This document shows, piece by piece, positions 23,708 through 31,633 of a DNA stretch of 48,404 nucleotides. The notes under the pieces were generated by a model. The model was not told the origin of the DNA. It did no database searches and saw only the letters and a program-made list of their open reading frames with translations. The DNA is from a virus. Its lineage: Duplodnaviria > Caudoviricetes. Made by a program: the position numbers and the translations under genes. The stretch covers positions 1 through 48,404 of IMG/VR virus record IMGVR_UViG_3300014208_000012; one strand, written 5' to 3'. Each line of letters starts with the position of its first letter. Position 1 is the first letter of the stretch.

Positions 23708-25360
23708 ATGCCCTCACCCATCACCGACAACACCCTCTTCTACGGCGACAACCTGCCCATCCTGCGCGACTACATCCCCGACCAGAGCGTCGATCTCGTT
23801 TACTTGGATCCGCCGTTCAACTCCAACCGCAGCTACAATGTACTCTTCAAGGACGAAAGCGGCCAGGAATCGGAGTCGCAGATCGAGGCCTTTGACGATA
23901 CCTGGCACTGGGACGAGCGCGAGGAGCGGATCTACCGCCAACTGGTCACGGAACTGGGCGGCCAGGTGGGGACCATGATCGGGGCGCTGCGGCAGTTCAT
24001 CGGGACCAACCAGATGATGGCCTACCTGGTCAACATGGCGGTGCGGCTGGTGGAGCTGCACCGGGTGCTCAAGGATGCGGGGAGCCTGTACCTGCACTGC
24101 GATCCGACGGCGAGTCACTACCTAAAGATCGTGTTGGATACGGTGTTTGGGCCGGAAAACTTTCGTGGTGACATCACCTGGTTGCGGCATAACGCCCGCA
24201 GCACCACGGGACGGTGGCCACGAGTCCACGATATTCTCCTGTTCTACTCCAAGGGCGACAATTTCGCCTTCCAGCCAATCTTAGTCAAGGCAGATCAGGG
24301 CAAACTGCCCCACACCCTGATTACGGGCCCGGATGGATTGAAGTATCAGACGTACGAGCTCACGGCACCGGGTCTGACCAAAGAAGGAGAAAGCGGCAAG
24401 CCATGGCGTGGTTTTGATCCGTCAGCCATGGGCCGGCATTGGGCCAATAATTCGGTCATGATGGAGCAATGGGACCAACACGGCCTGATCCACTGGCCCA
24501 AGCAGGGGGGATTTCCGCGGCGACGAGCTGAACATCCTTTTGTGGCCGATGCACGAATGATCACAATCGGCGACGTTTGGACAGACATTGACCGTATCAA
24601 CCAATCGGCCGCCGAGCGCCTCGGCTATCCGACTCAGAAACCCGTCGCCCTCCTGGAGCGCATCATCCAGGCCAGCAGCAACCCCGGCGACGTCGTCCTC
24701 GATCCTTTCTGCGGCTGCGGCACAGCCATCGACGCTGCGCAGCGACTCGGCCGGCGCTGGATCGGCATCGACATCACCCACCTGGCCATCTCCCTGATCC
24801 GCTACCGGTTGGAGGCCGCCTTTCCCGGGATCCAATTCCAGACGGTCGGCGAGCCGCAGTCCCTGGGATCGGCCCGGCAGCTGGCCTCAGAGGACCGCTA
24901 CCAGTTCCAATGGTGGGCCCTGTCGCTGATCCGGGCTCGCCCCCTGGGCGGCCAGGCCGGGGACAAAAAGGGGAAGAAGGGCAGCGACAAGGGCATCGAT
25001 GGGGTGATCCTGTTCGTCGACGAGGCCGGCGGAAAACCGCAGCAGGTCCTGGTCCAGGTCAAGAGCGGGCATGTGTCGTCGGCGACCATTCGCGATCTAA
25101 GTGGGACGATCCAGCGGGAGCAGGCCGCCATCGGCGTGCTGATCACCTTGGAACCGCCGACGTCGGAGATGGTCAAGGAAGCGGCCAGCGCGGGCTTCTA
25201 CGACTCGACGCTCTGGCAAGGGGAATTCCCGCGGGTCCAGATCCTGACCATCGAGCAGCTGCTGGCCGGGGCCAAGGTGCGGATGCCGGCAGCCCATGGG
25301 ACATTCCAGCAGGCGCAGCGGGTGCAAGAGGAAGGGAAGCAGATGGAGATGGAGATGTAG
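23708..25360 (+). CDS. DNA adenine methyltransferase fused to an Mrr-like restriction endonuclease domain
   Basis: YGDNL, YLDPPF, YPTQKP, LDPFCGCGT; C-terminal DKGIDG...VQVKSG nuclease motif. Confidence 0.9.
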   Translation: MPSPITDNTLFYGDNLPILRDYIPDQSVDLVYLDPPFNSNRSYNVLFKDESGQESESQIEAFDDTWHWDEREERIYRQLVTELGGQVGTMIGALRQFIGTNQMMAYLVNMAVRLVELHRVLKDAGSLYLHCDPTASHYLKIVLDTVFGPENFRGDITWLRHNARSTTGRWPRVHDILLFYSKGDNFAFQPILVKADQGKLPHTLITGPDGLKYQTYELTAPGLTKEGESGKPWRGFDPSAMGRHWANNSVMMEQWDQHGLIHWPKQGGFPRRRAEHPFVADARMITIGDVWTDIDRINQSAAERLGYPTQKPVALLERIIQASSNPGDVVLDPFCGCGTAIDAAQRLGRRWIGIDITHLAISLIRYRLEAAFPGIQFQTVGEPQSLGSARQLASEDRYQFQWWALSLIRARPLGGQAGDKKGKKGSDKGIDGVILFVDEAGGKPQQVLVQVKSGHVSSATIRDLSGTIQREQAAIGVLITLEPPTSEMVKEAASAGFYDSTLWQGEFPRVQILTIEQLLAGAKVRMPAAHGTFQQAQRVQEEGKQMEMEM

Positions 25361-25392
25361 CGTTGCTAGAGTTGAGAAACTAAGCGTAGCAA

Positions 25393-25418
25393 CGCCCCCG
25401 GTCAATGGGCCGGGGGCG
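25393..25418. terminator. GC hairpin between convergent units
   Basis: CGCCCCCGG-8 nt-CCGGGGGCG; no clear U-tract. Confidence 0.5.
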
Positions 25419-25430
25419 CTGTAGGCGGCT

Positions 25431-25886
25431 CTACAGCTGGACGATCCACTTCCACTCACTCCAGACGTCGTGTTTGATCTCCTGAGCCTCGTCCAGGACG
25501 TCTTCCTCAATCCGGTCGGCGCTCTTGGCCCACTCGCGGCTCGCGCCGATCTGCGCGTCCAGGCTGATCTCATAATCCGGGAAGGCGGCCTTCAGCGCCG
25601 CCTCCAGCATCTCCTGGTATTTCTCGATGCTGGCCCGGGCGTCGACGCCGACCAGGTTGTCGGGATCGCTGCCGAACATGGCCTCGTCCGAGGTGTCGAT
25701 GGCGAGGCGGATGTAGTTTTCGTGCTTCATCGTGCGCTCCTTCGGCGCTGCTGTCCTGAGCGCCCAGTCGATTGCCGAGGCTTGCCCCTTCTCCGAATCG
25801 ATGTGTAGGACGTCGGTGCAGATGCGGCCGATCAAGGCGGCCCGTTCCTCGGTGATGCGGTAGTTCAGGTATCCCTCTCGCGGCAT
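25431..25886 (-). CDS. RHH-like N-terminus fused to an acidic domain (internal in-frame start at 25730)
   Basis: GGAGG RBS at 25886; YLNYRI..QASAIDWALR; second AAGGAG-ATG at 25730. Confidence 0.65.
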   Translation of the reverse strand: MPREGYLNYRITEERAALIGRICTDVLHIDSEKGQASAIDWALRTAAPKERTMKHENYIRLAIDTSDEAMFGSDPDNLVGVDARASIEKYQEMLEAALKAAFPDYEISLDAQIGASREWAKSADRIEEDVLDEAQEIKHDVWSEWKWIVQL

Positions 25887-25896
25887 TGCGTCCTCC

Positions 25897-26118
25897 CTAC
25901 AGGCAATCATCACACAGCCCGGTGCTCGGGGCCGTGCTGAACGGATACTCACCGGCGTAGCCAGTTTGCCCGCAACTCCGGCAGCGCATCTGTTTACGGT
26001 TGCTCGGGCGGGCGACCAGTTTGCCTCGGGCGACCAGTTCCGCCGTTTCGCTCTCTACGTTGTGGCGGCCCGCGCCGCCGATGCCCAACCCTGACTCGCT
26101 GAAATCTCGCTCGCTCAT
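25897..26118 (-). CDS. Small zinc-binding protein
   Basis: GAGGAGG RBS; CRSC...CDDC. Confidence 0.7.
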   Translation of the reverse strand: MSERDFSESGLGIGGAGRHNVESETAELVARGKLVARPSNRKQMRCRSCGQTGYAGEYPFSTAPSTGLCDDCL

Positions 26119-26132
26119 TGGATCCTCCTCTG

Positions 26133-26483
26133 CTATCGAATCGTCCGGCCCGAGTGATTCTTGACAATCCGGGCGGCGGCCTCGTGGCCGTATTTGTGCT
26201 CCAGGGCCCGGACCCCGGCGCGGCGGTTGTATTGGCGCGTCTTGGCGGCGGCGATTTCGGCAATCCGCTCGCGGCCAGCCCCGAACTCGATTTTACCGGC
26301 GTCTAGGGGGCAACCGTACTCGCGGGCGACCTCGTCCACCAGGCGCAGGTGAGCCTCGATTTGTTCCAGCGTGGCGCGCTGAATCGGGGCCAGGGCAGCC
26401 TCGCCCATCATTTTCACCGTGCGCGGATCGGGACGGGTCTGGTTGTAGATTCGTTCGGCCTGCTCGTGGATTTTGTCGCTCAT
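26133..26483 (-). CDS. Hypothetical protein
   Basis: GAGGAG RBS; first gene after a strong promoter. Confidence 0.65.
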   Translation of the reverse strand: MSDKIHEQAERIYNQTRPDPRTVKMMGEAALAPIQRATLEQIEAHLRLVDEVAREYGCPLDAGKIEFGAGRERIAEIAAAKTRQYNRRAGVRALEHKYGHEAAARIVKNHSGRTIR

Positions 26484-26528
26484 TTCGCCGCTCCTCTGCT
26501 CGCTCAACCGTTCCTTTACTGTGTCTAT

Positions 26529-26557
26529 ATTGTACCACACTGTGGTACATCTGTCAA
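26529..26557 (-). promoter_or_regulatory. Strong promoter with perfect operator palindrome
   Basis: TTGACA-17-TACAAT (TG-extended); TGTACCACA-C-TGTGGTACA at 26531-26549. Confidence 0.8.
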
Positions 26558-26656
26558 GCGGCAGGTGTTCTAAAGCAGGCCGGAAAGTAGAACCTTGGGT
26601 GACGGTTTCTATTGTTCGCGCGCAAACATTCTGCTACCTCGCCCCGTTTTCCATAG

Positions 26657-26685
26657 TTGCACCCGCGTTCTAACGCTGGTATAAT
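26657..26685 (+). promoter_or_regulatory. Sigma70-type promoter
   Basis: TTGCAC-17-TATAAT with extended TG. Confidence 0.75.
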
Positions 26686-26729
26686 GTGTACGACCTCGGC
26701 AGGCCACGTGGCATGCCGAGGTCTGTTCT

Positions 26730-26939
26730 TTGCTAACAGAAAGCGACAAGGCGGCTTACTGGACGCGGTTCAAGCAGCTCGTGGAAGCGATCGGCTACGG
26801 CCATCTCCAGGAGGTCGAGATCCGTGACGGCGTACCCATCAGCGTCGCCTTGGCCGTGGCTGAAATTGACCTAACCAGGGAAAGGGCGCCGGCGAGGCGG
26901 GCCGCTATTATCAACATTGACAATAGCCGCAAGAAGTAG
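26730..26939 (+). CDS. Small DUF2292/YezD-like protein, candidate late regulator
   Basis: IGYGHLQEVEIRDGVP motif; TTG start with GAGGT RBS; ends inside the late promoter. Confidence 0.55.
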   Translation: MLTESDKAAYWTRFKQLVEAIGYGHLQEVEIRDGVPISVALAVAEIDLTRERAPARRAAIINIDNSRKK

Positions 26940-26945
26940 TATACT
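26917..26945 (+). promoter_or_regulatory. Late promoter
   Basis: TTGACA-17-TATACT near-consensus. Confidence 0.8.
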
Positions 26946-27019
26946 TAAGACGTTGAAAGTATCATAAGGTGCCGTTGCCGTACACGAGTACGGCGACGGG
27001 GACGCAGCAAAAACCGGAG

Positions 27020-27050
27020 AGCCGGAGGCGCTAGAGCCTCCGGCTTTTTC
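27020..27050 (+). terminator. Intrinsic terminator in the late leader
   Basis: AGCCGGAGGC-6 nt-GCCTCCGGCT followed by TTTT. Confidence 0.75.
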
Positions 27051-27068
27051 TATTCAGGAGAAACCAAT

Positions 27069-27293
27069 ATGGGAGCACTCGAAGGCACGCAGTTACTGAT
27101 GTGGCTCGGCATCAATTTCGGCTTCGCGGCGATTGTCTGCATCGTGCTCCTGGTGATGTACCAGAAGCTAGTGAACATCCTCTCTGACATTATCAAAGGC
27201 AACACGACGGCGATGACGGAGTTGAGGGGCGTGATCGCCGCGGTGTGTGACCGGCTGGACCGACTCGAAGGACAAGGCGGCAATCGGAGGTAG
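27069..27293 (+). CDS. Holin-like protein (BhlA/UviB-like, one TM)
   Basis: N-terminal TM and NTTAMTEL coiled coil; first late gene. Confidence 0.6.
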   Translation: MGALEGTQLLMWLGINFGFAAIVCIVLLVMYQKLVNILSDIIKGNTTAMTELRGVIAAVCDRLDRLEGQGGNRR

Positions 27294-27295
27294 CA

Positions 27296-27628
27296 ATGGA
27301 ACAGTGGTGTACCTGGCTCGCGCAGTTCTGGGCTCCCGGCGTCCTGGCGACGCTGATCACGCTGGCCGTCTCGTGGGCCGTCGACGGCTGGACCTGGTGG
27401 GCGCAAATGCCCGGCAAGGCGAAGGCGGGCATCTTCGCCGCCCTCTGTATCCTTGTCTCCCTGGGAGCATGGTTCGCCGGCAGCAAACTCAACTGTGAGC
27501 AATGGCCTACCCTGGGCAGCGCGCTCTACGTGGCCTTCCTGGCCGCCCTGACCTTCCTGGCCGGCGCCTATCAGCATGAAAATGAAAAAGAGAAGGGTAG
27601 CCTTCTCCTGCCGCGGTCCTCGCGTTAG
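27296..27628 (+). CDS. Holin-like three-TM protein
   Basis: Three TM segments, charged C-terminus. Confidence 0.6.
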   Translation: MEQWCTWLAQFWAPGVLATLITLAVSWAVDGWTWWAQMPGKAKAGIFAALCILVSLGAWFAGSKLNCEQWPTLGSALYVAFLAALTFLAGAYQHENEKEKGSLLLPRSSR

Positions 27629-27750
27629 AGAACCGAGCTGTAGTCCTTTCTCGCCCCGGTCGATCAACTCTTTTGGCCGGGTGACCACAAAAAGTGGCCG
27701 GCAATGCCCAATCGGCAACGGCGGCCGGGGCGAGATGACTTGGAGCGGTG

Positions 27751-29103
27751 ATGGCGCCTAATACAGGCAGCCGGAGCTGGCGCACCTTAACACCTGAAGA
27801 GCAGGAGGATCTCCTGCATGGTAGCGGCACCCTGGCCGATCGCTGCCGGCGCCACAACGCTCGCTACAAGAGCGTGTCCAAGGCGGTAGGCAGACGCGGA
27901 AGCGGTGGAAACCCGCCGCTGGCGCCGCAGCCCGAGAGCGCAGCGACCTCGACGTCGTTCGAGCAGCACACCGACGGCACGGCGGCCGCGGAGGCGCGCA
28001 CGTCGTTCTACCTGACCGACGAGGCGCAGCGGGTCAAGACGCTGGACCAGCTGCTGGACGCCTGCCAGGTCGACCGCGAGGCGTGGAGCGTTCGCGACTA
28101 CCGGGTCAACGCCTGGGAGCAAAACAGCGTCCGGGGTGGGCTGATCACCCTCTTCCAGGTCCGGGCGAACCTCATTCCCAACCCGGACGCCGCGGCGGAA
28201 GACGCGCTGGAGCAGCTGCTCGAGCAGATCGCCGCCTACGCGCCGCGCTACGAAGTCCCGCCGGCGCTGCCTGGTAAAGGTTCCTATTTGCTGGTGCCGT
28301 GCTTCTTCGACGTGCACCTGGGCAAACGGATCCTTTCCAAGGACTCCCTGGCCGACGTCGCGGCGGGGTTTCTGGACGCGGCCGTGCAGCTGGTGGCCCG
28401 GGTGAAAGCGGCCGGCTACGAGATCGACCAGATCCTTTTCCCGGTGGGCAACGACCTCCTCGAGGCCGACACCTACCAGGAGACGACGACGCACGGCACG
28501 CCGATGCCGCTGCAGGCGCGGCTGGCCGAGGTGGAAGAGGCAGCGTGCTGGGTACTGGTCAAGATCGTCGAGCTGCTGGCCACGTTGGCGCCGGTGCACG
28601 TGGTCGGGATCTCGGGCAACCACGACTTTCACTCGATCTGGTGGCTGGTGCGGTTTCTGGCGGCCTGGTTCAAAAACCATCCACGGGTGACGGTCGACAG
28701 CGGGGACCTGCCGCGCAAGTACTTCGCCTGGCGGAGCATCTTGCTGGGGTTGGCCCATGGCAAGGAAGAAAAACCGCCGCAGCTGCCGCTGATCATGGCC
28801 ACCGAGGCGCCGCAGCCCTGGGCCCGCAGCACCTGCCGGGAATGGCTGATCGGGCACAAGCACACCCAGGCCCTGCAGGTCCTGGAGGTGCGCGAGAACC
28901 GCGGGGTGCTGGTCCGGCTGGTGCCCAGCCTGGCCGATCACGACGCCTGGGAGTTCTTGCACGCTTATACGAGCAACCAGCGGGCGGCCCAGGGGATCCT
29001 CTATCACGAGTCCGGGGCGGTCGACACGATGACCATTCCGGCCGGGCCTTCAGGCTTAGACGAGTCTCGTTTTGTGACGGAAGCAGTCACGAGAAAAACT
29101 TGA
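27751..29103 (+). CDS. Calcineurin-like metallophosphoesterase with N-terminal extension
   Basis: DVHLG, GND, GNHD, HG and GHKH motifs. Confidence 0.8.
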   Translation: MAPNTGSRSWRTLTPEEQEDLLHGSGTLADRCRRHNARYKSVSKAVGRRGSGGNPPLAPQPESAATSTSFEQHTDGTAAAEARTSFYLTDEAQRVKTLDQLLDACQVDREAWSVRDYRVNAWEQNSVRGGLITLFQVRANLIPNPDAAAEDALEQLLEQIAAYAPRYEVPPALPGKGSYLLVPCFFDVHLGKRILSKDSLADVAAGFLDAAVQLVARVKAAGYEIDQILFPVGNDLLEADTYQETTTHGTPMPLQARLAEVEEAACWVLVKIVELLATLAPVHVVGISGNHDFHSIWWLVRFLAAWFKNHPRVTVDSGDLPRKYFAWRSILLGLAHGKEEKPPQLPLIMATEAPQPWARSTCREWLIGHKHTQALQVLEVRENRGVLVRLVPSLADHDAWEFLHAYTSNQRAAQGILYHESGAVDTMTIPAGPSGLDESRFVTEAVTRKT

Positions 29104-29114
29104 GGTAAGAAACC

Positions 29115-29810
29115 ATGAGAGTTGACGTCGCTCCACGAATGAGCAAAGAGGGCTTCATAGAAGTTCTACAGCAGGCCAAGTCGCCGGCGGCCGCTGTGGC
29201 CGGTGAGTGCTACGACGAGTTTGTCGCCGCCGGTCTGGATCCGGCCGTGGGGCTGGCTTTTTTCGAGCACGAGAGCACCTATGGCCGCAGCGGCGCGGCC
29301 ACGTCATCGCACAACTGGGGGAACATCCGGCCCACACGCACGGGCTGGTTGGAACGGCTCGGCTGGCACGACGGCTTCTACAAGTCGACCACCACCGGGA
29401 GCTTTCTGCTGTTCCGTGACCGGGACGGCGAGCCGGACGGCAGCGCCTGGATCCGCTCGGCGCGGATGTGGGCCCGGCTGATCTCCGAGCTGTACGTGCA
29501 GGACTGGCAGCTCAATGAGGTCCGGCCGATCCTGGTTAAGTACGCGCCGGGGCGGGACCGCAACAACCCGGGCCACTACGCCGACGTCGTCGAGGAGGCG
29601 GTGGCAAGCTGGGCGGAGGAGTACCCGGCCGAAGACGAGGTGACCCGCCTCCGCCGGGAGATCGCCGAGCTCGAGGAGCAGCTGAAGGCCAAGTGGCAGC
29701 GGCTGATCGAGCTGGTCCCGACCGAAGCGCGCGCTCTCCCGCCGAGCGGGGATGTTCGGGAGACGGCCACGCAGCCGATCCTGTGGACGGGCCCGGCGGG
29801 GCGAGCATGA
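29115..29810 (+). CDS. Lysozyme-like (glucosaminidase/GH73-type) endolysin candidate
   Basis: FEHESTYG, HNWGNI, KYAP..NNP..Y motifs; near the holins. Confidence 0.7.
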   Translation: MRVDVAPRMSKEGFIEVLQQAKSPAAAVAGECYDEFVAAGLDPAVGLAFFEHESTYGRSGAATSSHNWGNIRPTRTGWLERLGWHDGFYKSTTTGSFLLFRDRDGEPDGSAWIRSARMWARLISELYVQDWQLNEVRPILVKYAPGRDRNNPGHYADVVEEAVASWAEEYPAEDEVTRLRREIAELEEQLKAKWQRLIELVPTEARALPPSGDVRETATQPILWTGPAGRA

Positions 29811-29817
29811 GGGTGAA

Positions 29818-30345
29818 ATGGCCCTGAGTCTGAAACGGCGTAAGTTTGTTGAGGAATATCTGCGCTGCTGGAACGCCAGCGAGGCAGCCCGGCAGGCTGG
29901 GTACACCCATGCCGATCGGCAGGGCTCACGCCTGTTGAGTTTTGTTGAGGTCCAGGACCTCATCGGCAAGCGCATTGCCGAGGTGGCCATGTCGGCGGAT
30001 GAGGTCCTGCTACGGTTGGCCGGGCAGGCGCGGGGCTCGATGGAAAGCTTCCTGACCATCGGCGAAAACGGCAGCGTCAAGATCGACCTGGCCAAGGCCC
30101 AGGCCCTGGGCTGCCTACACCTGGTCAAGGGTTTGACGGAGGCCGAGTTCGGGTTCAAGCTCGACCTGTACGATGCCCAGTCGGCCCTGGTGCAACTGGG
30201 TAAGGGCCACGGACTTTTCACCGACCGGCACGAGCACAGCGGTCCGGCCGGCGGGCCGATCGAGATCATCGAGGTTGTAGGCGAGGACAGCGCGCCTGCA
30301 GGCGCGCCTTCGGGCGCGGCAGTGGACGAGGACAGTGGCTCATGA
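29818..30345 (+). CDS. terS: Terminase small subunit
   Basis: FVEEYL..NASEAARQAGY..GSRLL; precedes terL. Confidence 0.9.
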   Translation: MALSLKRRKFVEEYLRCWNASEAARQAGYTHADRQGSRLLSFVEVQDLIGKRIAEVAMSADEVLLRLAGQARGSMESFLTIGENGSVKIDLAKAQALGCLHLVKGLTEAEFGFKLDLYDAQSALVQLGKGHGLFTDRHEHSGPAGGPIEIIEVVGEDSAPAGAPSGAAVDEDSGS

Positions 30346-31618
30346 CCTGGTCGAGATTGTCGGCAACCGAATGCGGCTGCACCTCCATCCCGGGCAGAAA
30401 CGCGCCTGGGACAGCCGGCGTCGCATCGTCGCCGTCCTCGCCGGCACCCAGGGCGGGAAGACGTCTTTCGGCCCGCATTGGCTGTACCGGGAGATCAAGG
30501 AGCGGGGGCCCGGCGACTACATCATCGCCACGCCCACCTTTCCACTGCTCGAGCTCAAATGCCTGCCCGAGTTCCGCGGCCTGTTCGAGGACCGGTTGGC
30601 CCTGGGCCGCTACACAGCCTCGCCGGTGCGCAAGTTCTCTTTCAGTGCGGCCGGCCAGAAGCGCACCTTCAGAGATTCCGGCATCGACTACCGTACCAAC
30701 GTCTACTTTGGCTACGCCGCCGATCCAGAGAGCCTCGAAAGCGCAACCGCCAAGGCGGCCTGGTTGGACGAGGCCGGCCAGAAACGGTTCAAGCTCGGCT
30801 CGTGGGAAGCGATCCTGCGCCGGCTCTCGCTGCACCTGGGGCGCCTGCTCATTACCACGACCATTTACAACCTGGGTTGGCTCAAGGCCAAAATCTGGGA
30901 CCGCTGGAAGGCCAAGGACCCGGACATCGACGTCATCCGTTTCGAGAGCATTCAGAACCCTGCCTTTCCACTCGCGGAGTTCGAGCGGGCCCGACGCGAT
31001 CTGCCGCGCTGGAAGTTTCGGATGTTCTACCAGGCTCTGTTCGAGCGACCGGCCGGACTCATCTACGATGCGTTCGACGAGGCGCTGCACAAGGTGCCGC
31101 GATTTGCCATTCCCGAGGATTGGTCGCGCTACGTGGGGCTCGACTTTGGTGGAGTCAACACGGCCGCGCTGTTCTATGCCAAGGACCCGACCAGCGGACG
31201 GCTGTTCCTGTACCGCGAGTACAAGGCCGGCGGGCGGACGTCGGCCGAGCATGCCCGCTTCCTCCTGGAGGGCGAGCCGGGCCGGCCGTTTTGTGTGGGC
31301 GGGTCCAAGTCGGAAGGCCAGTGGCGCCGTGAGTTCGCCTCGGGGGGACTGTCGATCAAGTCGCCGGCGATCGCCGACGTCGAGGTCGGCATCGACCGTG
31401 TCTACGGCGTGCACAAACGGGGGACCCTATATGTCTTTGACGACCTGGACGGTTACCTGGACGAGAAGCTGACCTACAGCCGTGAGCTCGACGAGAACGG
31501 CGAGCCGACCGAGGCCATCGAAGACAAGGAGACCTTTCACTTTATGGACGCCGAGCGCTACATTCTGGGCTATTTGAATCAACCGGAAAAGTCCAAGGCG
31601 ACGAGCCGACAGGGGTAA
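30335..31618 (+). CDS. terL: Terminase large subunit
   Basis: GTQGGKT, WLDEAG, GLDFG, HFMDAERY. Confidence 0.92.
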   Translation: MAHDLVEIVGNRMRLHLHPGQKRAWDSRRRIVAVLAGTQGGKTSFGPHWLYREIKERGPGDYIIATPTFPLLELKCLPEFRGLFEDRLALGRYTASPVRKFSFSAAGQKRTFRDSGIDYRTNVYFGYAADPESLESATAKAAWLDEAGQKRFKLGSWEAILRRLSLHLGRLLITTTIYNLGWLKAKIWDRWKAKDPDIDVIRFESIQNPAFPLAEFERARRDLPRWKFRMFYQALFERPAGLIYDAFDEALHKVPRFAIPEDWSRYVGLDFGGVNTAALFYAKDPTSGRLFLYREYKAGGRTSAEHARFLLEGEPGRPFCVGGSKSEGQWRREFASGGLSIKSPAIADVEVGIDRVYGVHKRGTLYVFDDLDGYLDEKLTYSRELDENGEPTEAIEDKETFHFMDAERYILGYLNQPEKSKATSRQG

Positions 31619-31633
31619 CGACAGGGGTAACCG

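Noticed and set aside
31607-31630. Tandem 12-bp duplication CGACAGGGGTAA at the terL stop
   Set aside because: Probably a slippage duplication that supplies the portal RBS; no further copies noticed
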